A stretch of DNA of 63,980 bases, the filler included, from Catajapyx aquilonaris (Eukaryota), in the NCBI GenBank assembly GCA_000934665.2. It is 3 parts of 3 records of this genome, joined end to end, with 100 filler letters (N's around TTAATTAATTAA, not from the genome) between each part and the next. Parts side by side here need not be neighbours in the genome. Positions count along the whole stretch, not along the records: positions 1 to 21,488 come from KZ539463.1; positions 21,589 to 43,064 come from JYFJ02006038.1; 1 more part is not named here. The stretch is one strand, 5' to 3'. Numbering within the stretch: the first letter of the stretch is position 1; each line of letters starts with the position of its first letter. The notes beneath the pieces were generated by a model. It had not been told where the DNA came from. It searched no databases and worked only from the letters and a program-made list of their open reading frames with translations. A program made the translations under genes and the position numbers. Below are positions 12,127 to 24,874 of this stretch, piece after piece.

Positions 12127-12588
12127 GGCGTATTCGGCAATTCAGGAATCTGACTTCCTGGGCTGTTTGGATGTTCGGCAAATCAGGTGCCACGCCCCCT
12201 GAAGTAAGTGCGCATGCGCCCTACCTGACTTCCCAAGCTCAGGAACTTAGTGTACTCCTGACCTGACTTACTTGCTGAGAAACAATTAACAAACAAATTA
12301 TTGTTATGGATGCAGCAGTGTTTCCAATGCAAAATGCCCCAAAACCCCGCGAGAGGACCTGAAAATACCCGATTGTACCCGCATTTTCATTTTACCCGCA
12401 CCATTACCCGCCAGCGTCCGAAACACGGCTCCGAAATACCCGAACATTGGCATATCACTGGGATGCAGCACAGGCGGGTAGGGGGGTCTCTCAGTTCGGC
12501 CGTTCGGCAATAATCTTCTGAGGGGCAGGGCTAACAACTCAGATATCACGTGACGCATTTCAGAATAATCTGAATTGCCGAATACGTC
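12127..12588. mobile_element. TA-flanked MITE with GGC terminus
   Basis: TA|GGCGTATTCGGCAATTCAG...CTGAATTGCCGAATACGTC|TA (19-bp TIR, 1 mismatch). Confidence 0.7.
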
Positions 12589-12737
12589 TACTAATATGGA
12601 GTGGCTCACGGAAAATTAATGGGTGGAATATTCGTTGTGCTACTAGTAACTATAGTTAGGCCTACTGGTAATTTAGCAGTAGGCCTACCATTGCACTAGC
12701 TATACACTGGTACTGCTAAGTTAGAAGTAACTAGTAG

Positions 12738-13103
12738 GGGGAGGTGTGGTGGCCGTGATGGTAACGTCACGGCTTGCTGAGTGAAAGGCCCCAGGTTCGA
12801 TCCCCGCCTGGGGAACTTTCCTTTCACCTGCGTCAGGAGGGTCTCTGACCTGCACCAAGGAGGTGTCTGGCAACCTAACCTCCTGGGGAACAGCACATGA
12901 CCCATTTGTAGACATTGCACTTGCACCTATGTTCCTTCCCCAATAAATCCTTATCCTTACCCCATGTCCTTTCGTCCTTGCACCGGAGTTGGAAGAAAAA
13001 TATAGAAAATCGAACGAAAAATGGTGGTGTCCCACTCCCCTATAAGGGCATATGGCCCTATAACGGGGTATATATTTAAAAAATAAAAAATAACAAAAAT
13101 AAA
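12738..13103 (+). mobile_element. tRNA-derived SINE family B with A-rich tail
   Basis: A-box TGGCCGTGATGG, B-box GGTTCGATCCC; 16-bp TSD TAGAAGTAACTAGTAG at 12722-12737 and 13104-13119. Confidence 0.9.
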
Positions 13104-13334
13104 TAGAAGTAACTAGTAGTATAACGAAAATTCCACAAATTGTTTTCAGAAAGGAGTCTTCATGAGCAGTAAATTAGTAATTGCTTGGGTAAGACCTGTG
13201 GTACAGCTTAAATCAATTGGTGAAGGTCTTACATGCGCCTGCCTTGTTTCAGTACTTTCATTCCGCCACAGAGGTCTTACTACCCTTTTTTTCACCGAAG
13301 GGAATGTTTTTGCTCTTATTCCTCTTCAACGTTA

Positions 13335-13660
13335 CAGGCAGGCATTGACTCCCTGCCTGCATCTCCAGTGTTGACAGGAACAGACTCGGTGGGAAGCGAC
13401 TGGCCTGAAGCAACTTCTGAAAATGCAAGATGCATTAGTATCTGATGCACATCCCTTCCACAGTGCAGTGGTTCAGAATATTCATGGAAATGCTCATTTC
13501 ATACTTCTCCTTCTACCCCTTTCTTTCCACGTCATTTCATCCACCCCTCCATCCTTCCTATGCTGGCTTCCTGACACCAGTCCATCCTAGAAATGAAACA
13601 TTCCAGAAGCTTCTTGTTGCGAAGGGAGACTTCCATCAGTCTTTAGAGCAACAGCTGCCA
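13335..13660 (-). pseudogene. Frameshifted tandem copy of exon 1 of the zinc-finger gene
   Basis: Aligns by eye to 20190-20489 (shared gttgcgaagggagacttccatcagt, tcatggaaatgctca, gactggcct-aagcaacttctgaaa); frame shifts after about codon 8. Confidence 0.75.
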
Positions 13661-13738
13661 TTGTGATTAATTGCGAATCAAAAAATTCAAACGCTGGAAG
13701 TATTTTAATGTCAATCAGAAGCTTTGTTTCCCTCATGG

Positions 13739-14135
13739 CAAGGCCGTACGCAGGATTTTTGTTCGGGGGGGGGTTCGTTACCTGATTGCTCCCCCCCCCC
13801 CCCNNNNNNNNNNNNNNNNNNNNNNNNNNNNNNNNNNNNNNNNNNNNNNNNNNNNNNNNNNNNNNNNNNNNNNNNNNNNNNNNNNNNNNNNNNNNNNNNN
13901 NNNNNNNNNNNNNNNNNNNNNNNNNNNNNNNNNNNNNNNNNNNNNNNNNNNNNNNNNNNNNNNNNNNNNNNNNNNNNNNNNNNNNNNNNNNNNNNNNNNN
14001 NNNNNNNNNNNNNNNNNNNNNNNNNNNNNNNNNNNNNNNNNNNNNNNNNNNNNNNNNNNNNNNNNAAGGGGGGGGGGGGGGGGGGGGGGGAGAAGGGGTT
14101 GTAAACCACCAACCCCCCGCGCGCGTACGGCCTTG
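13739..14135. mobile_element. hAT-type MITE spanning an assembly gap
   Basis: TIR CAAGGCCGTACGC/GCGTACGGCCTTG; 8-bp TSD CCTCATGG at 13731-13738 and 14136-14143. Confidence 0.85.
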
Positions 14136-14308
14136 CCTCATGGTGCTATTTATTGTCACCTTGGGTCTCGCTGAGACAGCAACATGGTTGGGCATGGGTG
14201 TAGGTAAACCAAGTATCAAAATAAAATTATTTGAGTGAATCTCATTACACAAAATCATTCCATGTTTTCGGGGATGAACTGCAAGAATATATTTTTTGCC
14301 AATTTACA

Positions 14309-17300
14309 TCAAGAAAGGTCACCACCAACATGGGTTTCCTTGTGACGAATTAAGGAACCACGTTGAGAAAACATCTTCTGGCAAATGTCACAACAATACG
14401 GCTTCTCACCAGTGTGAATCCTCATATGAATAACCAAGTCAGACTTGCAGCTACACCCTTTGCCACAAACAGAGCAAGAGGGTAGCTCTCTTTCTCCAGT
14501 GTGAAGTTGCATGTGATACTTCAGTTGCCTAGATAGAGTAAAGCATTTTTTGCACACTTTACATGAATGCTGCTTCTTGCCAGCGTGTCTCACCTTGTGC
14601 TCCTCCAAATTCCTCCTCACACTAAACTTCTTATTGCACACTTCACAAGAAAAAGGAGCAACACCAAGATGGACAGCCCGATAATGCAACTGCATGTATT
14701 TCTCAGAGGTAAATGTCTTTTCACAGGCGGTGCAACCAAAACGCTTTTTACCAGTTTTGTGAACAATTTTATGCCTGTTCAAGTGCCCACTGACATGAGT
14801 CTTATAAGAGCACAGATCACACCGAAACCATTTCCTTCCTGGCAACTTCTTTCCTTTCACGTTATCCAATGCACCAGAAGTTCCATGGTACTCAGCAGAG
14901 AAGCCATCAGTCATGTTTGGACCCTCTCCTTCAGTCGGCTGCATGAATCTCTTGCACTACAATTCAAAAGTAAGGGAGGTAGGTATGAGCACTTCAAATT
15001 TTAAAGTTGATCTCAAGTTGTGGTGATTAAGAACATTAGCATGAGCAATCTGTGGCCTTTCTTCAAATCAAGATAGAAGCCAATTCTACCGAAGGTTTAA
15101 TGCGACAGAAATCAAAAAGTAATGCACAACTTTTTAAATTCCAAATTTTCACCACATAAACTGAAACTGGTATATACACATATGAAAGGGCACATCTTTC
15201 CCTACTTTTTGACATTAATGCACAACACCTTGTAGCCCTGACTTGGCCCCAAATTATAATTATTATCGTCTACTGAAACAATGAAAAACCATCAGCGACA
15301 ACAAAGAAGAGAAACAGGCTGCTTTCTACTTACTTCGCACCAAGCGTGAAGCTTTTTGATGCTGTGGCTTGTAAATCTAGCATTGCGGTGGGATTAGTGC
15401 ATCACTGCGTGTTGTGATTGTGTTGGAAAGCAGAGAGAGACTTCCCCTTTCATACGTGCATGTCAGTTTAAAGGACCTGTTCAAAGTTATCCTGGCAAAG
15501 AAAGGCCACCCACATGGCTCAATGATTCGTGTCATTAGATTGGAGCAGATCACTGAAACTTGGCAACGCAGGGGAGTTGGATCAAAATGTTGCTGTCCAG
15601 CCACTCTAATATATGTCATTCAATAGAAGAATGCTTCTACAGGGTGACCTCGGGTGACCTTCATCAGTTTGGAGAAAGAGTTCGGCCTTGATTTGCCAAT
15701 GAACCCCATCTTGAGTCCGGCGAGTCCGCCCCTCTTTCACCTCTCTCTCTTTTAGGGGAGAGTGAGAGAGAGGAGAGGGAGAGAGGGAGTGATACGCGAT
15801 TGGGCAAACGTGTGATATCTCGATGGGGCTCGCATTTCGCATATCGGTTCCCTGAGGCGGCATTTGTCTCACACGAATATTCTTACAACATTTTTACGGG
15901 GTAAAAACCACACGAGTTTTCCTGCCTCTAAACCAACTAATAAAACAGTTCACCACGTGACAACATGTTTTGAATCCTACCAAGGCCGCTAGGTAGCAAC
16001 CCCTACCACATCAAAGATACAGTCAGTGGCGAACACAGCGGCCTTTAGCGGAAAACTAGGTACATAGATTATACACTACAAGATGCGCAAGATGGTTGCC
16101 GTTTAGGTAGCGGGGCTACTTGAACAGGTCCTTTCTGTAGTGAGGCTTCGTAATTTAAAAAGTTGTCGATTATTTTTTGATTCACCCCTGTATGTCATGA
16201 TCAAAACACAAAAGACGTTTTTCCGTTGTTTTTTTAAACGTTACCTAACCCAATAATTCATATGAACAGCACTTGGTATGCTATTTAACCTCCTGAGACC
16301 GAAGACAAAAATACTTGAAGAATACACTTGCCAGAGTAGTTTTTTTACTCTCAGGTCTGCCAAGAGGAAGAAAAAAGGATTGCAAAATATTTGCACACTT
16401 CAGTTTTGCGAAAAATTCAGGCACAGTATACTCTACCTCAGGTCTCAATATGATATTACCCTCTCTACAAAATTCAATTATTGAAAATGCCTGAAATTTG
16501 AAAATATAATTATATATTATTATACTGTATTTATAATTATAATGTATAATATATATATTGTATTATATTTAATTATGGAAGTGGAAATTGTAAAATAGGA
16601 ATGACACACTTTTGTTTTTCTCAGAGGACCATTTTAATTACCCAAATTTCATAAATGAAATTCTTGGAAACAATTTCTCTCTGCAGTGAGGCACAAAAAT
16701 ACTTTGCATTTGCTGCACCTCATGCAGCTCCTCTGCTTGCATGTAGGCAGCCTGCATTTTGCAAAGTTTTTCATTTTCACTACTTCTGGCATGTGCCAAG
16801 CATGCTCCTTATGTTGGGGAGTAGGAGGCAATGGTGCCATTTTATTCTTCTTCGGTACAGGCACTACTGGTCCATCATCTTCACAATCTTTCTCCTCTTC
16901 TTCAACAGCTCCTGTGAGGCTTAAAATCAAAGAGCTGAAATATCGATTTACGTAGTGCACCAATTGCTGCCTGGTCCTTTCGATACTCAAACCATGCATT
17001 TGCGATCATTAAATCGATGAAATGAATTATTGTGTAGACCGTCCACTTCTTGGTCCTGGCAGACATCCTAAAGAAGCGGAGGATTCTGTCACCAAGATCA
17101 ACCCTGCCCATTTTTTATTAGTAAATTCCAACAATAGATGGGCGAACTGTAATGTATATGCGATCCTTTTCGGACCATCTGTCACGCTGGCCCACAGGTT
17201 GAGAATCGATGAAATTCGATCCCATATGGACAGGTTAGTTGTCAAGCCGTTTTACAATCACCAGTTCCCCATCTTCCTGCACCATCTGATCATAGGACCC

Positions 17301-20300
17301 TCAGGCTCCTTCTTCATATCCTTGTCCTTCCATAACTGGATTTGTTTTTTCGGAATTCTATTGATCAGAATCGTTCCTGTACCCTTGATTCCTTTTTTAG
17401 CAAGTTCTTTTAGAAGAGGAATCGAAGTTAAGTATCGGTCAAAAAAATACATAATGCCCCTCTCTCACTGCCTCTGTTACGATTCAAGTTAAAGTTATCT
17501 GGCAAAAACACTTTCAGTTGTGTTTGGCCATGATTTGCTTAACACCACTTCAAACTTACCGTCATTTGTAGCCTTTGGTTTTTGTTCCCACTTGAGCTAG
17601 AATCAGGATCATCACATGAGTGAGCAGATGGGGCATGTTCATCGCTGGAGTGAGTCACATGCAAGTCGCCATTTTCAGCCTTTTCCATTGCATCAACCTG
17701 AAATATTCAATAGGACTATTAGTGAATCTATTCCTGCTCTTGTTCTCAACAGATACAGGGTGTATCAAAACTCTACCATAAGCCATGTACCAATGGCATA
17801 AGGGGCACCAGAGCATCATTATATGGAGAGGGGTCATCATCTCTAGGCAGTCACATTACGTAGATAATTGATCATTTGCGAAGTAGCGATTGCGCTTAAG
17901 CGTGATTGTAGAATAGCAGTGCATGTGGGGGGAACTGCATTCTAAGAGCCCTTAGTGACTACCCCAATAGCAGTGTGGCAGTAGCCCCCCAGAAAATAGC
18001 TGCGACATCACCTGTGATGCGATTGGTGGCTGAAGGTTTGCATATCTGCCAGGATATTTTATACCTATTGGTTGAGGTCAATTATCTCAGTCATGCGGCG
18101 GCCCAGGCCTATGATTCCGATACTGTATATGATCATCTGCTGACCATTACGCCATTGGCATATGTCTTACAGTAGAGTTTTGATACACCCTGTATATTCA
18201 GATCACTTCCAGCAAACTGCTTTCTCATCTTTACTCTTTCACGACGACCATGTGCTAAATTATCACGTGAAACACTTGCCTCTAAAGGAATCTCCTCACT
18301 TTTGATGGACTCAGAGTTCCCCCAGGTTGCAGAAGTGGTGGCCTGAAGTAATATCACAGATAAATGGATATTCATAATAATATAGACATAGAGTACCCAT
18401 AATAATTCACCGTTTGTCATCTGGCAAAAGTGGTGATTTCATCAAAATCCCAAATATAATCATCAAGTTTGCAAGCTAACTATTTATGGTGGATACCCCA
18501 TGACAGGCCTCCTTGGGCCTTTTAGGGGATTTCTTCAACCAACTTTAATCATTGCATGTTCTGTGGTGGATTTTGAGTGTGGGAGAAAACGAGAGCCCAG
18601 GGAATACCCACATGAACATGGAAACTCCATCCACGTAAGTATCCTCTGTCAAATCTGGGGGTCAGCAGAGTTTCCCAGAGTGTGAGGGGGAAAACATACG
18701 AGACCAGGCTGGACTGGCATTTAGCAGACACACATTGTCCGACATCATATTCAATAACATTAGAACTGTAATTTCATTACTAGACACAGCATCTAAATGA
18801 ATATCAGGCATTAGACAGCCTGCTTTGATGTTATACTCCTGACACACAAATACACTGTACTATAGGCCTACTCCCAATTATTATCCGGGTGTGGATTATC
18901 CGTGCTGCAGATTATCCGTGCATGCCCAATAAAATCAAATTTAAAACTGAAGCCCGAAGAAATGTGTTGAATTATCTTTCCACTACTAGATATTGCTAAC
19001 TTAGCAGTACCAGTGCAAAGAAGACTACTGGTACTGCAGTTAACACTAACTAGCTAACTGAGCCAAACACCTGCATCACAATGAGTTATCATGATACCAT
19101 AACAAGGAGGATATCCAGGAATCACATTTGCAGCCATACAAATCGAATCTGAATAGTTGCATTTCCTCGGAATATGATTCGAGGTGAAAGAGAGCCACTG
19201 TTAGCTTCCATCTCCTCATGTAATCAAGTAATGACCATACCTGGCTCAATGAGTCACTCTCCGTGCCTGTCTCCTGCTTCGCTGTTTCCTCTTGAAGCAA
19301 GTCCAATCCTTGAATCCCCCAAGAATTAACTTCTTCATTGACTGGAAGATCTGTTGAGGAATCTGCTTCACCTGCAAGTGAACACAGAAAAACAGCTGAG
19401 TCAGATGGCACATAAAGTGGGTCAGTTAAACATATCCAGTTCAATCCTGAACTGCTCTGACCACCTCTGACAGTACATTCCTCCTGCTTGGTCCTAATTA
19501 TACTTCCCAACTTTGAGGCCACAGTTCATGCCCAGCAAATCAAGATTCAACATATTTGGAGGATTATTAACAGCACTGAAACTGGCACATTTTAAAGCAC
19601 GGTTTCAACTCCAGTAGGCCTACATACCTTTCACCATGCATATGAGACAATAAAGGATGTGCCATACCTACTGCATGTCTAACTTCTGAATCAATATTGC
19701 CGACAATTTCACTGATATTTTTGGCAGTCTCTGCTTCCACGTTCCTATAGCAGCTCCCCTGGAAAAAATGAGAACACATTTTATTCAATTGACTAACTAC
19801 TGGCACTTTTAATTTTTCTACTTACTCTCCCAACCCCATTTTGCAAACTGTGTTTCCAATCATGCGTCCAAATAACTCAATGTCCCATGACCAGAGCTTA
19901 ATTACGTGACACTCACGTCTACCATGGCAAAATTCCATGAATTATTTAATGCCTCAAGTTCTTATTTTTCTGCCAATTTATCATAAAAAATTTTAACTCC
20001 TTGAAACCACTTATTGCTATTTTAAGGTGGAGGTGGTCAGCCACAAGAATAACATCAAATAAATTGCAAACCTGACATTTCACCACGAGAGTCTATCAGC
20101 ACCTGTTCCTTCACGTGATCTACCCCTGACCTTACCTTGTCTGACTCCAAGTCCTCTTCCTCCACTTTTATTTCTGAGTCAATGTCACACGCAGGCATCG
20201 ACTCGCTGCTTTCATCTCCAGTGTTTCCAGACACAAACTCGTTGGGAAGGGACTGGCCTAAAGCAACTTCTGAAATGGAAGGCACACCATTAAAAAGTGG

Positions 20301-20489
20301 TTCAGTATTCTCATGGAAATGCTCAGTCCATGCTTCACCTTCTGCCCCTTCCCCTCCACGCTTCTTCATCCACCCCTCAATCCTTCCAATGGCCTCCTGA
20401 CACCAGCGCACGCGAGGGACCAACATTTTCAGAAGCCTCTCGTTGCGAAGGGAGACTTCCATCAGTGACTCCAGGGTGACTGGAGCCAT
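14309..20489 (-). CDS. C2H2 zinc-finger protein (6 fingers), multi-exon
   Basis: Last exon 14956-14309 has six CxxC-HxxxH fingers with a TGEKPY linker. Phase-compatible upstream exons ~20489-20136, 19758-19668, 19371-19241, 18342-~18234, 17697-17560; their linkage is inferred. Confidence 0.75.
15465..15625. repeat. Dispersed repeat with an inverted copy at ~63335-63502
   Basis: Shared aaaggacctgttcaaagttatcctg and atgattcgtgtc-ttagattggagcagatca and gcagggagttggatcaaaatgttgctgtc blocks. Confidence 0.7.
16289..17470 (-). mobile_element. piggyBac 3' half with degenerate transposase
   Basis: FFDRYLTSIPLL...GTGTI..NRIP; MGRVDLGDR...RTKKWT; Cys-rich CRLPTC...CSKCKVFLCL...CFQEFH; TTAA|CCTCCTGAGACC terminus at 16285-16300; broken by frameshifts. 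Confidence 0.9.
17756..18192. mobile_element. mariner-type MITE in a zinc-finger intron
   Basis: TA|CAGGGTGTATCAAAACTCTAC...GTAGAGTTTTGATACACCCTG|TA. Confidence 0.88.
18543..18662 (-). mobile_element. Degenerate V-SINE-like fragment
   Basis: Resembles 10095-10230 (tttaatcattgc, ggattttga-tgtg, taagtatcctc). Confidence 0.6.
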
Positions 20490-20733
20490 GGCTTGTGCAC
20501 CTCTAAGAGTCCTCGGTCCGGATGAGGAATTGAGGATGATCGGATGATGGTCCAGATGATGCTGGATCAGAATCGAGTCGAAAAAAATGAAGGCAGGACA
20601 CCAAAGGAGGCGGAAATGGAACAAAATCTTCAAAGGAACAGTCTTCTTAACGGAAATGGACAGTCGCCATCTAGGATCTAGGATTGGGTTGAGGAGGGCG
20701 TGTTCCTAGCGCCGTCTGAGGAACAGTTCGCAG

Positions 20734-21243
20734 CAACGTTGCCAACCTGACCCGTAGAAACAACCGTACCACGAGAGTCAAAATCACCGGATTTCGCCTA
20801 AAAATACCGTACAATTTAAAACATAGCATTTTGTGAATGAAACATTAGGGGACAATATTAGATATACCGGTACAGGCTTATTGATACAGGTAAATAGCCT
20901 ATGTATAAGGAATTGTCAGAACCGCACAAAATGCATGTGCAACCCGCTGCAAAAGGGGTCACAAAAAGTAAAGCGAGCATAGCCGCGGGGAAGAGCCCGC
21001 CGCAGGTGAAATTTTTTGCGTTCAAGGTCGCACAAGCTTAGGTGAATGTAACTGACAGAGAACAGCGGAGTCCTTCTGTACTGTAAGCACGTCGGATATA
21101 ATTTTATAATATTAATTTAATTATTATTTTATTTTGAGTACACAAAAGCGATATCACCGTATACCGTACATGTCATAACCGTATCCGTACAGAGTCGTAA
21201 ATGACCGTATGGCCCACAATTACAGTACGTGTTGGCAACGCTG
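20734..21243. mobile_element. hAT-type MITE upstream of the zinc-finger gene
   Basis: TIR CAACGTTGCCAAC/GTTGGCAACGCTG; near-perfect 8-bp TSD GTTCGCAG/GTACGCAG; repeated subterminal (A)CCGTA motifs. Confidence 0.75.
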
Positions 21244-21588
21244 GTACGCAGGGTGCGTTCTGGCCGATGTTATCAATGGAATGGCAGTGTTGGAAACAAA
21301 ACCACTAGCTACGCTGCATCATATATTAAATTCCGTGAATTTATTTGCTAATGTTAATTATAAAAGAGCAAAAACATTCCCTTCTGTGGGGCCGTCCATA
21401 ATCCGCGCGAACATGTTTTTTCACTTTTTTTACCTCCCCCGCCGCCCCCTCCCCTTTGCGGACAGAAGCGGACAATATCTTCCCCCCCNNNNNNNNNNNN
21501 NNNNNNNNNNNNNNNNNNNNNNNNNNNNNNNNTTAATTAATTAANNNNNNNNNNNNNNNNNNNNNNNNNNNNNNNNNNNNNNNNNNNN

Positions 21589-22111
21589 GCTAATTGGCCA
21601 CCTCACGTGAGTTCATATGGTATGATCATTCTGGGATTTTGTAGATTTGAAATTAGACTTCCCGACACAAATAAATACAAAAAAAATGATTTTTAAAAAA
21701 AAATTACGCAGTGTTGAAAACAAAATTTCCCACCAGGCATCTGTATGTACATTTCTCAAGTTCTTCAGGGCAAACAGTTGGAACGAGGTGGGGGTGTGAG
21801 GTAGGGGTGAGGGGTCATGGGGTCAAATATTCTGGTGAAAAACATGATGGCTGTGCAGTCTTTTCCTGGGCCAAATTCACCCCCATTCCTCTTTTTACAC
21901 ATCCATTCAGAATTGACTACGCTATAACCAAAGCAGGCAATCTATCACAGATAGTGACAAACTTTGGCTTATTGTATCTTGGCCTTATTTTAAGGTGCAT
22001 CGAGTTCCAGTGTACGGAACGCAAATTTTACAAACAAGCAAACTTCCAAAAATATACCCGTACCTTTAACAGCATCCCAACATACCCGGGCAACGCCGGG
22101 TAACCTGCTAG
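21589..22111 (+). mobile_element. Helitron 3' portion (5' end in gap)
   Basis: Ends CCCGGGCAACGCCGGG-TAACCTG-CTAG|T; body is the reverse complement of 49879-50433. Confidence 0.8.
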
Positions 22112-22129
22112 TTAATAATATTTTTTCAG

Positions 22130-24131
22130 ACTTGGTCGCAAGCGGGCCCTCCAGATGTCCCTCCTGGTAATGACCCTTGGGTCATGGTGCTGCAGCTTTT
22201 CTCCGTCGTACCCGGTACTGCTCGCCAGCAGGGTTGTCACCGGATTCGGGACAGTCGGAACCTACTCTGTCTCAACAGTATTGAGTGAATAGCTTTAATT
22301 CGTCTCAATGCCCCCATATTATTTTTGTCTATCCATAACTAACATAGATCTATGAACTATTTTAGTTGTGGAGATCGCGAGTAAGAGCAAACGAGCCCAG
22401 ATGTCCGTAGCACTAGCGATATGTCAAGGATTCGGTCACATGATGTGGGCTGGAGTGTCATTCCTTTTGTCAAATTGGAGACTTGTGGACATTACGGCCG
22501 CCACTCTCTCTTCACTAATCCTTCTCTACTGTTGGTAAAATGTAGCAGGATCGTACAAAAACCATTGTTTAGTAATGTCAGGGAATGTGATAAAAAATTA
22601 GTATACTTTTCAGGTTTATTCCTGAGTCCCCGAGGTGGCTTCTACACAAGAAGAGGTTGAAAGAGGCGACAAAAATATTACGTCAAATGGCTGTAATAAA
22701 TAAGAACAAGATACCAGACGAGGAAGAACTTGAACAACTACTGCAGAGGATTCATAAAAAGGTGACAAATGCACTGCCTAGTTTGTGACAATGGCAACAA
22801 TAAATGTGGTAGATGGGCAGGTTATACAGATATTAAGCATAATTAATTTTATTAAGTGATGATATATGTGTAAATGTTTTAAAATAGGAAGTTGAAGATG
22901 ATTCGCAAACTGCTGGGAAGACATCAAAGTGGCAGAAACTCCTGGTGATGGTGAGGACTCCAGAAATGCGCTCCAGAAGCATCAAGGTAAACACTTTACA
23001 ACTTCTCGGTTTTACAGCTGCCATGCTGTTATCTCTCAAATGAGCGTAAAAAGGGGTGTAATTTGCAAATTACACTGTAGACATTTAATGTCTTTCACTG
23101 TACTTCAGTTGTACTTGACTTGGTTTATGGTTGCTCACATCGGCCACGGATCACTGTTTATGGCTGCTCGTCTTCCACTGAGCATCCACCTCATGATGTT
23201 CATTGGAGGGGTCATTACACTGGTGACCAGATTTTGTGTCATACCACTTCTCGACCGATTTGGACGGAGGAAGGTTTATGCTATCTGTTTCTATATCACC
23301 GCTCCTATGGTGGCCTCCGTAGCTGTCTTTCCAAGAGGTAACACTTATATTCAGTAACTTATACCATTGGACTTACATATGTGTTATGTTGGCAGATCCT
23401 GTGTTGCTGTCATGGTTGCTTCTCCAAGTTTCAAAAATAGGAACAGGGGTGAATTTCACCTTAACATTGTTGTATGCCATCGAACTGTTTCCCACTGAAG
23501 TCAGATCTTTAGCAATGAGCTTAGGGTCATTGGCATCAAGGGCGGGATCAACATTTGCTCCACTTGTTGTTGACATGGTGGTAAGTCACTTAGCCATTAA
23601 TATTGTAATAATTATGTTCTGAGCATTTCCTCAATGCATTTTCAGGGAGGACATAACCTGTTCATACCCAGCTCCATTTTTGGAGTCCTGTCGATATTGG
23701 CAGGGTCAATAGCTTTAATGCTACCAGAAACTAAACATGCGAATCTTCCCGATACCGTGGAGGATGTGGAAAGAAGCAGAAGGAGCAGGTGAGAAAATAA
23801 TGTCAAGTTATTAGCAGACTGAAAAAGTGGCAATATGTCATTAGTAGTTTAAAAAAAAATAATTTTTAACCTTTGGCCTTAGAATATCAAACTCTCTAAT
23901 GTGGCCGGCTCTTGCTCTGGTGATAGTACCGGTACCAATGCTTACTGATACAGTTTTGCGATATTGCACATCTTATTTGTATTGTTTCAGAATAATTGTG
24001 AAGGCACACGACAATAATAAGATGCCTGTGAAGTGGTAAGTATCGGTCTTCTAGCTCAATAATGCATCAGAACTTATTTTAATCTTCCCTAATATTTTAG
24101 TACTGTCAAGACAGAAGAAGATGAACAATGA
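22130..24131 (+). CDS. SLC22-like organic cation transporter copy A (first three exons missing)
   Basis: LGRKR, PESPRWL, DRFGRR, ELFPTEVRS, LPETK motifs in spliced exons; near-identical to copy B; stop TGA 24129-24131. Confidence 0.85.
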
Positions 24132-24874
24132 CTATCACATATTGTAAGAAAATGCATGAAAATGTAGCAAATTGGCATGACTACTGTATAGGGTACGGTT
24201 TGTCCAAAAATAATTGTGACGTCAAGTACATATTTATATAAGTGTTGTCGTTGTTGTTTTAAATAATATTATATTCCTGCATTTCCATATCAGTGATTTG
24301 GGATTTAAAGTGTCGATATTAATCTATAGAGAAGCTGAGATGAAAAGAATTAATAACTCTTTAGTATTTCAATTGTGAAAATACTCATTGTGTTACATGA
24401 TGTCATACACGATGATGACTATTGGCTTTTTTATCTTCGATAGAATTGGCAACAAGAATAGCACATTCCTAGGATAGCATTTCATTGTTCCAAGGAAAAT
24501 TCATTTCTGGAGTGACGTTAGTTATTGCGTGAAGCATGAGGGGTTGGATATGAAGTTCCGTGGCACCAAAAATATTCAATTATCCTTGCTGTTATCATCA
24601 TAATTATGATACTCTTGGCATGATGAGTAATCGTTTCTATACCTTTTGAAGTGTTGCGGTCAATGGAAAAACTGATCTTTGTTAGATCTTCTGATCAAAG
24701 GTAAGACGTGGTTTGGGCGTATAATTTAATAATGAGAGTTGACACTGTGATTTGTTAGGTTTCTTGAAAATTAGATTAGGCCCTCACTAGTCAGACCCGT
24801 TGCCAAATTTTGGCAACACTGCTTGCCCCCTTGACATTGTGAGAAAGGAGAGTGAAATACAGCCGATCAGAGCG

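Noticed and set aside
12738..12810. tRNA genes (also near 51075-51147, 56950-57023, 62864-62935)
   Set aside because: A/B boxes lack a full cloverleaf and continue into SINE bodies, with TSDs in some cases.
13587..14258. Long ORFs through poly-C, N and poly-G
   Set aside because: Artefacts of an N gap inside a hAT MITE.
17655..18420. MITE apparently interrupting a zinc-finger coding exon (frame restored on removal)
   Set aside because: A good acceptor at 17698 and a plausible donor near 18233 place the MITE in an intron; the frame match is likely chance.
21489..21588. TTAATTAATTAA embedded in N runs (also 43064-43164)
   Set aside because: Six-frame-stop scaffolding linker, an assembly artefact. 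Adjacency across these gaps and the missing 5' parts of SLC22 copy A and ABCH copy 2 cannot be read as biology.
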